From Nanobdellota archaeon (GTDB lineage Archaea; Nanobdellota; Nanobdellia; Parvarchaeales; Parvarchaeaceae): DNA of 49,331 nt. A model generated the notes under the pieces. That model saw only the letters and a list, made by a program, of their open reading frames with translations. It was not told where the DNA came from and ran no database searches. Position 1 is the first letter of the stretch. Every line of letters begins with the position of its first letter. The DNA is taken from the NCBI GenBank assembly GCA_021850635.1, contig JAJZLM010000010.1:1-49331 (forward strand). The letters run 5' to 3'. The position numbers and the translations under genes were made by a program. Positions 35,349 through 45,240 of this stretch are shown one piece after another.

Positions 35349-36653
35349 TCACTCGACTTGTCTTCGTTTAGACACGTGCACATTTCTGTTATTCAGAGTT
35401 TTCCTAGATTTTCTCACGTAATAAGATAGTGGATTCTTTATGAGTTTGCACGTCTCATCCGGGAAGCAGACATTAAAATACTTATAGTAGCCATGTGCGT
35501 CGCAATTCGGCGGAGGATACTGCTTAGAAGAAAAAGCATATTCTACTTGTTGGGTTATAAGATTCTCCTTCAGAGGAGGCTTGTTTCTCTTGTTCCAGTC
35601 TAGGAGAAGCTTAAGGACTTCTTCTTTATTCCTGCCTATAGTCCTATAAAAATTCGTTAGTATGAAGACGCTTCTTTTTCTCCCGTCCGAAAGTCCGGCA
35701 TTTATCAATTTTATGCAGGGAGGGAAGTATTCTGGGTTCACAGAGAGATTTAGTTCGCTGTAATGGACAGGAGCGGCTTCTTCTTCCGTCTTTTCCTCAG
35801 GTTCGAACATATCATATGACCTTACGAATAGGTTTGTAGCCTCATTTTTTGATGGGTGTAGGTCGAAGAAGTCCAGCTTAGTGTCTACGTTCTCTGGCTT
35901 TGCATCTTCGAGTTTAAAATCTTCTAACCTATTCTTGTCTATAGGGATCGAGACAAGCCATCTTTTCTCATTGAGGGAATACTGCATCCTGAACATATGT
36001 CTTTCTGTTATCAAGACAGTGTCTATGTCTATTATTTTGTATGGGTCGAATTCTCCGTTTTCAAGTAATTTGTTCTCGTCTATGCCGAAAATAGACGCGA
36101 GTTTCTTGATGCCGTAGTCCTTCCTGAGAGTATCCCTCAAGGTAGAGAAGAGTTCGCTCTTAAGGAACAGAGATATAATCATAGGAGCATCTGGAAACAA
36201 CCTATTTGTGTCTATGTGGTTAACCGACTCTGGGAAAGCTTCGAATGGAACGAGCATATGGAAACCAGATCCTCCACTAAATTTAATTGAGAGTGAATGT
36301 ACACCTTCGTGTTCGAGTTTCTCCTTTATCATCTTTGTAAATATCTTAGATATATCTACATTTTTACAGTCGACGTCTATCACCATATCCCAGCCTTTCC
36401 TTATCGAAGAAAGCTGTTCCTTGGTGAGTTCTTTGCTGAGTTCCAAAGGATTCTGCCACCTTTCTTCGCTGATATGAAAGCTTGTCGCACCAGTGCGTAT
36501 TAGGTTCTCTATATCGCCTTTGTACTGAAAATACATAGGGCGCTTTCCGAAGTTCTCCCCGTAGCGCACAGCGCATTCCCTATCTTTTACGTGTAGAAGT
36601 CTTTCTATAACCGCATCATTCAAGTAATACCTAAGTATTTCGGATGGTTTCAT
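35349..36653 (-). CDS. DNA primase: PriS catalytic domain fused to a PriL-CTD-like Fe-S module
   Basis: PriS motifs VIDVD (D93, D95) and FSGGSGFH (aa 125-132). The C-terminal ~125 aa carry FPPCIKL...GRKRSVFILTNFY and three further Cys (C384, C396, C402), as in the primase large-subunit 4Fe-4S domain. Confidence 0.8.
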   Translation of the reverse strand: MKPSEILRYYLNDAVIERLLHVKDRECAVRYGENFGKRPMYFQYKGDIENLIRTGATSFHISEERWQNPLELSKELTKEQLSSIRKGWDMVIDVDCKNVDISKIFTKMIKEKLEHEGVHSLSIKFSGGSGFHMLVPFEAFPESVNHIDTNRLFPDAPMIISLFLKSELFSTLRDTLRKDYGIKKLASIFGIDENKLLENGEFDPYKIIDIDTVLITERHMFRMQYSLNEKRWLVSIPIDKNRLEDFKLEDAKPENVDTKLDFFDLHPSKNEATNLFVRSYDMFEPEEKTEEEAAPVHYSELNLSVNPEYFPPCIKLINAGLSDGRKRSVFILTNFYRTIGRNKEEVLKLLLDWNKRNKPPLKENLITQQVEYAFSSKQYPPPNCDAHGYYKYFNVCFPDETCKLIKNPLSYYVRKSRKTLNNRNVHVSKRRQVE

Positions 36654-36809
36654 ACTCCGGAGTTAATAACACTTATCTTTGCATTCATAAATACTATAAT
36701 AAAGGAGATGCACGGATATTAGAACCATAAGTTGTGGAGGACACGCAGCTGGCACCATAATAAGCGCTTCTTACATATTTTTAAAGCATGACAATCAAAT
36801 AATAGAGGT

Positions 36810-37745
36810 ATGTTAGGTAAAAAAGTCGAAAATATAGAGATAAGAAAAGGAGAGAGCATAAGCTCCCTTATAGCACAATTCGGCAAAGCAGGAGGTTTCA
36901 CTGCAAGAAAGTTGGATGACGCGTCTAGTATATTTAAGGAGATGCAAAGGGATAGAGACTGTGTCAAGTTCTTGTCGTTCCCAGCGGACATAATATCTAC
37001 AGGTACAAGAGGAGTGATAAAGGACATGATAAAAAATAAGTTAGTGGATGTGGTAATAACTACCGCTGGTACTATGGATCACGATCTTGCTAGAGTGTGG
37101 AAAGATTATTACACAGGTACAGACATAGCCGACGATGCGGAGTTGAGAGAAGAGGGGATAAACAGACTATACAATATATTCATACCAAATGAGAGTTATG
37201 GACTAGTTTTAGAAGACAAGCTGATACCCATAATAAAGAAAGCTGCAGAAGCTAAAAAAGAATATTCCACGAGCGAGCTCATATCTTTCATAGGCGAATC
37301 TATAAAAGACGAACCTAAAGCAGAGGAATCGATAACTTACTGGGCTTGGAAGAATAATATACCTATAATAATACCAGGTTTCACTGACGGCAGTTTTGGT
37401 TCGCAGATATGGATGTATACCCAGAAAGACAGGGATTTTAAAATCAACCTGATAGACGACGAGAATTTTCTAGCAGGAATAGTGATGAAGTCCAAGAAGC
37501 TTGGTGCGCTGATGTTAGGAGGGGGCATTTCCAAACACCATACAATCTGGTGGGCGCAGTTCGGGGGGGGCCTGGATTATGCTATATATATGACCACTGC
37601 TGTGGAATGGGATGGGAGTCTCTCCGGTGCGAAGCTGGAGGAGGCCGTGTCTTGGGGTAAAATAAAGCCCAAAGCTAAGTTTATAAATGTCCAAGGAGAT
37701 GTTACAATACTCCTGCCTCTACTGTATGCAGGATATTTGGGGTGA
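36810..37745 (+). CDS. dys: Deoxyhypusine synthase
   Basis: 311 aa with DHS blocks (VVITTAGTMDHD, GGGISKHH). TATA (tttttaaa, 36778-36785) lies 28 nt upstream. Confidence 0.9.
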   Translation: MLGKKVENIEIRKGESISSLIAQFGKAGGFTARKLDDASSIFKEMQRDRDCVKFLSFPADIISTGTRGVIKDMIKNKLVDVVITTAGTMDHDLARVWKDYYTGTDIADDAELREEGINRLYNIFIPNESYGLVLEDKLIPIIKKAAEAKKEYSTSELISFIGESIKDEPKAEESITYWAWKNNIPIIIPGFTDGSFGSQIWMYTQKDRDFKINLIDDENFLAGIVMKSKKLGALMLGGGISKHHTIWWAQFGGGLDYAIYMTTAVEWDGSLSGAKLEEAVSWGKIKPKAKFINVQGDVTILLPLLYAGYLG

Positions 37746-37751
37746 TAAACT

Positions 37752-38045
37752 ATGAAAATAAGTGAATTGAAAGATGGTATGAGCAACGTAGACATATCCG
37801 GTGAGATAACCGAGATATCCGAACCGAGGGATGTCATAACTAAGTTTGGTAATTCTACTGTAGCAACTGCAAAGATAAAGGATGAAAGCGGAACAGTAAG
37901 TCTGTCTCTGTGGGGAAAGCAGATAAGCTTAGTGTCTGTTGGTGATAAAGTGGACATAAAAGGAGGCTACACGCGTACTTTCCGCGATGAAATACAAGTT
38001 AGCGTTGGAAAACAAGGGTCTATACAGAAGGTAGAAGCCTCCTAA
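37752..38045 (+). CDS. Single OB-fold nucleic-acid-binding protein (short SSB/RPA-like)
   Basis: 97 aa. V.ISGEI..ISEPR...TKFG...VATAKIKDESG.V.LSLWG is the pattern of single-OB SSB/RPA proteins. GGTGA lies 7 nt upstream, overlapping the dys stop. Confidence 0.55.
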   Translation: MKISELKDGMSNVDISGEITEISEPRDVITKFGNSTVATAKIKDESGTVSLSLWGKQISLVSVGDKVDIKGGYTRTFRDEIQVSVGKQGSIQKVEAS

Positions 38046-38108
38046 TACAGAATGATGCAAACTATCTCAAAAAAGACTTAAATATAGAATCCTTTCATAT
38101 AAGACGTT

Positions 38109-38543
38109 ATGACAAAGCACCTAACGCTGGCGGACATAGTACGCGAAGGTAATTGTCTGTTCTTATTGAACTCTTTTTCCGGCAGAGAGCTAAAGAAAGA
38201 CAAAGAAACTGTGGGTTATTCTTATAAGTTCAGTAATCTTCTTTCTGGTAGACCGTACATAGTATCTATCACGGTCGAGACTGGGAAGAACGACGAAAAT
38301 ATAAAGCGCGTGAAACTGGATATAGATACATCTAACATAATAAAAGAGAGCGAGTACTATGCTAAGTGCATATATAAGGGCATAAAGTCGAATGGCATAC
38401 CCGTTGGAGAGTATAACAAACCAATTCTATCTATAGAATATATGATACCAGACCTGAGCGCAGATAGATTAAAGAAAGATATGTATGCCGTTTCTGAGGT
38501 CCTGAACAAAGAAGAGGAAATATATCTGCGTAATTTTGATTGA
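38109..38543 (+). CDS. Hypothetical protein, 144 aa
   Basis: Clean ORF with a TATA (ttaaatat, 38078-38085) 27 nt upstream. No recognisable motif. Confidence 0.5.
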   Translation: MTKHLTLADIVREGNCLFLLNSFSGRELKKDKETVGYSYKFSNLLSGRPYIVSITVETGKNDENIKRVKLDIDTSNIIKESEYYAKCIYKGIKSNGIPVGEYNKPILSIEYMIPDLSADRLKKDMYAVSEVLNKEEEIYLRNFD

Positions 38544-38552
38544 TTAGGATTT

Positions 38553-39002
38553 TTATTTATTTATTCCAGATATGAAATTTAGTATCTCTTCCGCGTGGCC
38601 ACCCGGGGTCACGTTTGGATAGATTTTTATTATAGACCCGTTCTTATCCACTAAAAAAGTCACTCTTTTGGCAGAACCGACTATAGATTTTATACCAAGC
38701 TTATCTACTAATACTTTGTCTTTATCGCTTAGCAGAGAGAAGTTCAAGCCATGTTTGTCCTTGAACTTTTTGTGAGATTCGATGCTATCTGTGCTTATAC
38801 CATACACAGAGATACCAGCTGTCTTGAATTTTTCCATGTTATCCTTAAAATCGCAAGCTTCCTTAGTGCATCCAGGGGTCATGTCTTTAGGATAGAAATA
38901 CACTACATTTACGTTCCCAGTTAGACTAGAATTATTTACTATGTTGCCAGAATCGTCACTCAATGAGAACTCTGGAAATTTATCGCCTTCAGATACTTTC
39001 AT
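38553..39002 (-). CDS. bcp: Peroxiredoxin, Bcp type
   Basis: Active-site block FYPKDMTPGCTKEAC. The tracked ORF starts at a GTG (39011). The ATG at 39002 has AGGTG 4 nt upstream. Confidence 0.85.
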   Translation of the reverse strand: MKVSEGDKFPEFSLSDDSGNIVNNSSLTGNVNVVYFYPKDMTPGCTKEACDFKDNMEKFKTAGISVYGISTDSIESHKKFKDKHGLNFSLLSDKDKVLVDKLGIKSIVGSAKRVTFLVDKNGSIIKIYPNVTPGGHAEEILNFISGINK

Positions 39003-39013
39003 ATATAACACCT

Positions 39014-39931
39014 TTATAATAGATAACTAGCAGGCTTTATATCCCTTACATTTAAGGATATTACATTGTTGAATTTATTCGGTACACCAGTTATTTCCAA
39101 GTTGTAGATCCCAAACGAAATATCGTTAAGCTTGTCTTCTAAACTGTCTTTTTTTGATATCGAGAGTAGCTTGTCTGCTACTTTATCGAAGAAAGATATC
39201 CGTATGCTCGATAGACCGTCGTCCAGTATACCGGAAATGAGCATGGTCTTGGATATGGCTTTTTCCCCATGCACTTCACAGGTGCCTACGACTCTCTTTT
39301 TACAGATACCACACCTAGTTATAAAAATGTCTCCACCCGTGAATAACCTCACAAGGAAACCCCCTACGATGTATCTTCTCTGAGTATCGGTTATTCCGCT
39401 AATCTTCTCTATTTTATTTACGTTATCTACTGGTCTAATGTCATCATTGGGTTTTGGTATTATTTTTATAGCACAACCGGTGCCCAAGTGTATCTCATAA
39501 TGCTCACCATCCATCGATTTTCTTGTGTAAGCGTTTACTATCGATATTGTATCCCCTTCGGACGCTTCTTTTTGTATTTGCTCAACTTTTTTCGTATCCC
39601 ATACCACCACGTTTATAATACCAGTTTGGTCTTCGATTATCATGTTTGATATGGTGGAAGGGGTCTGTTTTATCATTACTTTTCTTGGTTCGAATTTCCT
39701 TTTCACCACAGCTACTATATTAAGGTGTTTTATGTCCTCGTTTATGTCGGATATTCTTAGCTTTTTCTTTATAGGTGTGATGCCTTTTTCTGTAGCAATC
39801 ATCTTAAGAGCGGCTCCTTCTGTTAGAGACGGGAATTCGTCGAGTTTTTTCTTCACCGCAGCTTTGATGCTGTCTCCGTCCATTCCAGCCCCTTCTTTTA
39901 ACATGTCTATTATCCAGTTATCGTTGTCCAT
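39014..39931 (-). CDS. rpa: Replication protein A (OB fold plus zinc finger)
   Basis: N-terminal helical domain (SLTEGAALKMIATEKGI), OB fold (NMIIEDQTGIINVVVWD) and a Cys/His zinc motif CGICKKRVVGTCEVHG. Confidence 0.75.
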   Translation of the reverse strand: MDNDNWIIDMLKEGAGMDGDSIKAAVKKKLDEFPSLTEGAALKMIATEKGITPIKKKLRISDINEDIKHLNIVAVVKRKFEPRKVMIKQTPSTISNMIIEDQTGIINVVVWDTKKVEQIQKEASEGDTISIVNAYTRKSMDGEHYEIHLGTGCAIKIIPKPNDDIRPVDNVNKIEKISGITDTQRRYIVGGFLVRLFTGGDIFITRCGICKKRVVGTCEVHGEKAISKTMLISGILDDGLSSIRISFFDKVADKLLSISKKDSLEDKLNDISFGIYNLEITGVPNKFNNVISLNVRDIKPASYLL

Positions 39932-39932
39932 A

Positions 39933-41204
39933 TTATGCTATCACTGTATTTACCAGTCTTCCGATTCTCTTCAAGGCAGACTCTGTCATCCCCTCATAAT
40001 ATACCCTTATAAGAGGTTCAGTATTCGATGGCCTAAAAAGCATGAAACCATCATGCAATGGCACTTTTACGCCGTCTAATTTTATCTGGTTCTTGTACTG
40101 TTTAAGGTTCTTTTTTATGCTGGCCATCTTGTGTTTTATTTTCTCCGCACTGTCAAATTTCAGCGAAATGTTTTTGTAGTATATTTGTGGGAATTCCTCT
40201 ACCAGCTCGCTTAGTTTTCTCCCAGTCTTCTTTATTATAGAAGCTATCAGCAGTCCAGTCAGTATACCGTCAGAGAATGGGTAGTACGCACCGAAATAGA
40301 AGTGAGATGCAGTCTCAACGCCGAAGTCGTATTTTCCTGTCTTCATTTTAGCTTCTACGTTCGGTCTTCCTGTCTTTGTGTACTTTACATCGGTGTACGC
40401 TTCTAAGCGACTAGAGCAGGCTATTGTAGCTGCAGTCCTATTTAACTTTAGGTGCTTGATAAGTACCATCGCGGTTACCATCGGGTCCAGCGCTTTTCCG
40501 CTATCGTCTACTATTAGGCATCGGTCTCCGTCCGCGTCGAGTTGAAGGCCGAAATCCAGTTTCTCTTTTCTCACGAGTTCGCATAGTTCCCTGGCGTTTT
40601 CGGCCAATGGTTCTGGTACCTTACCATAAAAGTCCTGCGAAGTGGAAGTCCTAAGGGAATTTACCTTCGCGCCGACTCTTCCAAAGACGAAAGGTGCGAT
40701 GTAGGTAGTAGATCCTCCCATAGAATCTATGCCAACACGTATGTCGAGTTTGCCCATCTCTCTCGTTATATAATCTATGTATTTTCCGTCATATCCGAAA
40801 GGAATCGGTTTTCCTCGTTTGTCCCTGAATTTTCCGGAGGTATACACCGCTTTAATCGGTTCTGGAGTGACTGTTACGCCTTTCTTATACATCAGTATGC
40901 CCGTGTATTCCTTCGGATTATGCGAGGCACTTATACACACCCCATAAGCGTCCTCTACAAAAGAGGCAAAAGCAGACACGGTTACAGGTCCCATACCGAG
41001 TTCATAAACCGTAGCCCCGACTTTAAGTAGGCCTGCTATAAAGTTCTGTTTTATCTCTACACTTCCCTTTCTATTATCATAATTAACGAAAATTGGCTTG
41101 TTCTTAATGAACGTGCCTATGGACTGTCCTATGCGGAAAGCTTTATCTTCGTTTATCTCCTGTGGGTATAATCCTCTTATATCGTAACTTTTGAATATAT
41201 CCAT
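39933..41204 (-). CDS. Alpha-D-phosphohexomutase (phosphoglucosamine/phosphomannomutase family)
   Basis: Phosphoserine loop ISASHNP and Mg loop DADGDRC; 423 aa. Substrate specificity cannot be read from the sequence. Confidence 0.88.
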   Translation of the reverse strand: MDIFKSYDIRGLYPQEINEDKAFRIGQSIGTFIKNKPIFVNYDNRKGSVEIKQNFIAGLLKVGATVYELGMGPVTVSAFASFVEDAYGVCISASHNPKEYTGILMYKKGVTVTPEPIKAVYTSGKFRDKRGKPIPFGYDGKYIDYITREMGKLDIRVGIDSMGGSTTYIAPFVFGRVGAKVNSLRTSTSQDFYGKVPEPLAENARELCELVRKEKLDFGLQLDADGDRCLIVDDSGKALDPMVTAMVLIKHLKLNRTAATIACSSRLEAYTDVKYTKTGRPNVEAKMKTGKYDFGVETASHFYFGAYYPFSDGILTGLLIASIIKKTGRKLSELVEEFPQIYYKNISLKFDSAEKIKHKMASIKKNLKQYKNQIKLDGVKVPLHDGFMLFRPSNTEPLIRVYYEGMTESALKRIGRLVNTVIA

Positions 41205-41294
41205 TCTTGGTAATTGTACACGATATTATTTATAAGTTTAAGCTAGCGGTGCGAATACTTAAACTATTAAAATATACAGTACATATATCAATAT

Positions 41295-41633
41295 ATGCTG
41301 TCGCAAAAGATTAGTGGTTCAAGCAGCAATGAGAACACACCTACAAAGCAGGTCAATCCAGCCGTATACCAGAAGGCCCAGCCTGGAAAAGAATTCATTT
41401 TTAGGCTAAGCAACGGCAAAGAAGTCGCACGCGCAGTTTCCGTGCAGGAATTTGCATCGAAATTGAAAAGCGTACCGGTAGAATCGCTTGAGTTTCATGC
41501 GAGTGGCAAACACTTCGGCCCCTGGCTCAGATACATGAAGCTTAACGTTGTAGCAGATTCCGTCGATAGCCTTACCTCCAAGGGTGAAAAATTGAGACAC
41601 GACCTGGAGAACTTGTTCAACATACTGCTGTAA
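41295..41633 (+). CDS. Hypothetical protein, 112 aa
   Basis: ORF with a TATA (ttaaaata, 41267-41274) 25 nt upstream. No family assigned with confidence. Confidence 0.5.
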   Translation: MLSQKISGSSSNENTPTKQVNPAVYQKAQPGKEFIFRLSNGKEVARAVSVQEFASKLKSVPVESLEFHASGKHFGPWLRYMKLNVVADSVDSLTSKGEKLRHDLENLFNILL

Positions 41634-41754
41634 AAGCTATCTAAAATACCGTAGTTTACGACCTAGTGTACTGTACTTTTAGGCGTAAAAATGCAAACGA
41701 AACATTTAAATACTATTACTTCTCTATAGTGGTGATATAATAATAAGATAATTT

Positions 41755-42693
41755 ATGGGATTTCATAGAAACAGCGGTAAAGAGAACTCTAAGCTACTTG
41801 AAAAGCTGGAAAGGATGGGGCTGGGGGATAGGCTGCATGTCGTGCTAGACTACGTAAAAAACAACCAAATAGAAAGTGATAGACATCTGGATAATATGCT
41901 ATCTAAACTTTCAGATGATAGGGAACGCATGTATGTTCTCGGAGAGGCGCTTAGTTTAGGCAGAGTAAAATCCATGGATTATGCTGTTAAAGCTTCCGAT
42001 TATTTCACAAGGGTGTATGGAGGCGATTCATACGACACCACACAAAAACGTGAGGACAGGCAGACTTTAGCTTCGGGTCTGTTGAAGTTTCTTTATGGAA
42101 GGAATGAAGGTTTCTCAACAGAACTATTGCGTAATATGAAATCTGAAAGCTTAAAGAAAGAACTTTTAGACAGATGCATAGATAAAGGGCTGGTAAATGA
42201 TAGAAAGTCTTTAGAGGATGCTCTTGCCCTCTCACAGAAGAAGCAGAGTTATCCCTTTGATAATATTCTCATGTCAGAACATATTATTAAACGTGCTAAA
42301 GCCAAGGGATACACGGACATAGCGGATAAGGCTTTTGCTAGCGCAAATTCAGCATTAGAATCGGATTTTAAGGAGAATACTAAATATTCCGATGAGATAA
42401 GGAACTACAGACTAGAAGCCGTTTCTTTATACTTGCCGAAAGCAGGGCTTAACAGCGCATATGGAAACAATTTAGAAGCGGCCAAGCTATACATAAAAGC
42501 AGCAAGTCTTTTGAGCGATGAGGACGGCGATCTTAAAATCTATGCTTACAGGTCAGCAGGAGATAATTACAATAAAGCTAGACTACCCGAAAAAGCTGCA
42601 GAATGCTATAAAAAGTCGGATTATATAAGGGAGAGGGGTCCTGTAAAGTACAACGTACCCCTAGTAAATCCCTCTTATGATAAGTACTCGTAG
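41755..42693 (+). CDS. Hypothetical alpha-helical protein, 312 aa, TPR-like C-terminus
   Basis: Long ORF with helix-rich composition. The C-terminal A..LY.KAA......G....A...AG..Y.KA...EKAAECYKK is reminiscent of TPR pairs. Confidence 0.5.
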   Translation: MGFHRNSGKENSKLLEKLERMGLGDRLHVVLDYVKNNQIESDRHLDNMLSKLSDDRERMYVLGEALSLGRVKSMDYAVKASDYFTRVYGGDSYDTTQKREDRQTLASGLLKFLYGRNEGFSTELLRNMKSESLKKELLDRCIDKGLVNDRKSLEDALALSQKKQSYPFDNILMSEHIIKRAKAKGYTDIADKAFASANSALESDFKENTKYSDEIRNYRLEAVSLYLPKAGLNSAYGNNLEAAKLYIKAASLLSDEDGDLKIYAYRSAGDNYNKARLPEKAAECYKKSDYIRERGPVKYNVPLVNPSYDKYS

Positions 42694-42766
42694 ACCCGAA
42701 AGCTTCATTCAACTAAGGTCTGCTGCTAATACGTTTCCCTATCTCTAAAGTATACGGAAAATATCT

Positions 42767-42955
42767 CTAGAATAGTCCTTTTTTCTCCTTTATAGCAGTT
42801 TCAACTTTTTGCATAAGGTCTGGGGGTATTGGGTCTAGATTATGTGCAGCCTTTGCGTGCGCGGCTATCTTCGGCATCAGTTCTTCTTTTGTTTTTGCGC
42901 TGGTCTTGAAACCGCAACTCATACCTATATCCTTACATTCAAATTCGTACTTCAT
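42767..42955 (-). CDS. DUF1059-like small protein
   Basis: The 62-aa MKYEFECKDIGMSCGF...EEL....AAHAK.AH pattern matches my recollection of DUF1059. AGGTGAT lies 3 nt upstream of the ATG. Confidence 0.55.
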   Translation of the reverse strand: MKYEFECKDIGMSCGFKTSAKTKEELMPKIAAHAKAAHNLDPIPPDLMQKVETAIKEKKGLF

Positions 42956-43022
42956 ACTATCACCTTAAATAGTAGGACAATTTATACCAATAAAAACGTT
43001 TCTATGACAGGATAAATCTAAC

Positions 43023-45131
43023 TTAGATAAGTGCATGCGCCACTATTAGAGCTATAAACAGGATAGAGATCGTGTTTACAACCTTTATTAGAGGGTTTAT
43101 CGCAGGACCTGCAGTGTCTTTAGTAGCGTCGCCTACAGTGTCTCCGACCACAGCTGCTTTATGAGCTTCAGAGTGTTTGCCCCCAAAGTGGCCGCTTTCT
43201 ATGTACTTTTTGCCATTGTCCCAGGCGCCTCCTCCAACTGTCATCATTATCGCTAACGGGAAACCTGATATTATAACGCCTAAAAGAAGCCCAGCTAGAG
43301 CCACAGTCCCAAGCAAGAACCCTACTATCAAAGGCACTGATACTGCTATTATAGCCGGCACGGCGAGTTGATGGATAGCGGTAACCGTGACTATATCGAC
43401 GCATTTTTCATAGTCTGGTTTTGCAGTCCCTTTCATTACTCCCTTTATCTGTTTGAACTGTCTTCTTATCTCGAAGACCATCTTTTCCGCAGCTACACCT
43501 ACCGCGTTCATAAGGAAGGATGTAAAGAAGAAAGGTAGAGAAGCACCTATCACCAGTCCTGCTACAATTAAGGGGTTTCCAAGGGTCAAACTAGACGTAA
43601 AGGAAGGCCATGATTGACCAGATTGACTCGCAACTGCGAATGTATACGCCGCGAAAAGTGCAAGAGCAGCTAGGACAGCCGAGCCTATAGCGTATCCTTT
43701 TGTTATAGCTTTTGTAGTATTGCCGACTGCGTCTAGAGGGTCAGTTATATTTCTAGCCTTTGCTGGGAGATTAGACATCTCTGCTATACCCCCTGCGTTG
43801 TCGGTTATAGGACCGAACGCGTCTATAGATATTATCATTCCTGTGACAGAAAGCATGCTTGCAGCAGCTAAACCTATTCCGTAGAGCCCAAGATAAGTGT
43901 TAGGGGAAGAAAAACCATTCCATCCGGCAGCTAAGTACGCAAGAAGTATACCACCTGTGACTATTATAGCGGGCATCCATACCGATTGCAGTCCAACCGA
44001 CAATCCACTTATCACAGTGGGACCGGCGCCGGCTCTTGAAGCATCTGCTATCTTATGGACAGGTTTGTATTCTGCACTGGTGTAGTAATCTGTTACCACG
44101 ACTATGAGTATCATTACAATCAATCCTACTACTGTCGAGAAAAATATCCCTAGATTGCCATTCATGAACAAATAATCCAATAGATACAGCCCTATTATTC
44201 CAGTGATAGTAGTAGCTATTAATCCTTTGTAAAGCGCACCCATTATCGTGCTTTTCTTTCCCATCCTAACAAAGAAAGTGCCTATTATAGTCGCTACTAT
44301 AGCCCATGCTGAAACTAGTAATGGGTACAATACAGCGTTAGGAAACATCGATGAGAATATCGAATATATCGAAGGACTACCTATTAAATAAGCTAAAAGC
44401 ATTGCGGCCATAGCAGTAACTACATAGGTTTCGAAAAGATCAGCTGCCATGCCTGCGCAGTCGCCTACGTTATCTCCTACATTGTCCGCTATTACTCCTG
44501 GGTTTCTAGGGTCATCTTCTGGTATTCCTGCTTCTACTTTTCCGACTAGATCGGTACCAACGTCCGCTCCCTTAGTATATATACCTCCTCCGACCCTAGC
44601 GAATAGGCTCATCAATGAGGCTCCGAAAAGAACTCCTACCATATTCAGTATGTTCCCGTTGAAAGCCCAATAGAATCCAACTAGTTCCAAAAGAGCAAAA
44701 CCAGCAACAGACATCCCAGTAACGCTGCCGCCTCTGAACGCGTAGTTCATTGTAGAGGCAAGATTACCAGAACGCGCATGAGCCGCGGTCCTTACGTTTG
44801 CACGTATGCTGACGAACATACCTATAGCGCCGGCTAGAGCGCTTCCAGCCACTCCAAATATGAATCCTATCGAAAGATAAGCTCCTGTACCAGTGATGCC
44901 GAATGCAAAGGCTATAACAACAGCGATTATAGCGGCGACGATAAATACAACAGTGTATTCTCTTTTAATAAAAGCAGTCGCACCTTCTTGTATCGCTTTT
45001 GCGATTTCACGCATCTTGTCATTACCGGCGTCTTCTCTTAGCACTAGCGCAGTTTGAATCGCAGCATAAGCCAGCCCAAGAAGAGCCGCAATAAATACCG
45101 CGAATTCTATTTGACTCGTTGAGAGTATCAT
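43023..45131 (-). CDS. hppA: Membrane-bound H+/Na+-translocating pyrophosphatase
   Basis: 702-aa polytopic protein with the signature blocks GGGIYTKGADVGTDLVGKVE, DNVGDNVGDCAGMAADLFE and GGAWDNGKKYIE. Confidence 0.95.
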   Translation of the reverse strand: MILSTSQIEFAVFIAALLGLAYAAIQTALVLREDAGNDKMREIAKAIQEGATAFIKREYTVVFIVAAIIAVVIAFAFGITGTGAYLSIGFIFGVAGSALAGAIGMFVSIRANVRTAAHARSGNLASTMNYAFRGGSVTGMSVAGFALLELVGFYWAFNGNILNMVGVLFGASLMSLFARVGGGIYTKGADVGTDLVGKVEAGIPEDDPRNPGVIADNVGDNVGDCAGMAADLFETYVVTAMAAMLLAYLIGSPSIYSIFSSMFPNAVLYPLLVSAWAIVATIIGTFFVRMGKKSTIMGALYKGLIATTITGIIGLYLLDYLFMNGNLGIFFSTVVGLIVMILIVVVTDYYTSAEYKPVHKIADASRAGAGPTVISGLSVGLQSVWMPAIIVTGGILLAYLAAGWNGFSSPNTYLGLYGIGLAAASMLSVTGMIISIDAFGPITDNAGGIAEMSNLPAKARNITDPLDAVGNTTKAITKGYAIGSAVLAALALFAAYTFAVASQSGQSWPSFTSSLTLGNPLIVAGLVIGASLPFFFTSFLMNAVGVAAEKMVFEIRRQFKQIKGVMKGTAKPDYEKCVDIVTVTAIHQLAVPAIIAVSVPLIVGFLLGTVALAGLLLGVIISGFPLAIMMTVGGGAWDNGKKYIESGHFGGKHSEAHKAAVVGDTVGDATKDTAGPAINPLIKVVNTISILFIALIVAHALI

Positions 45132-45240
45132 ATCTTTGCCTTTAATACCTCTGTAAACACCAAATTCATAGGTGTATAGAATTTGTTCTGTGTATTTAAA
45201 AGTTTCCAGTTACACCTTCTATATATAAGGAGAATATTCT

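Noticed and set aside
36719-37027. 102-aa ORF on the minus strand overlapping the dys start and promoter
   Set aside because: It overlaps the well-supported dys gene and its TATA box, and has a hydrophobic low-complexity product. Likely spurious.
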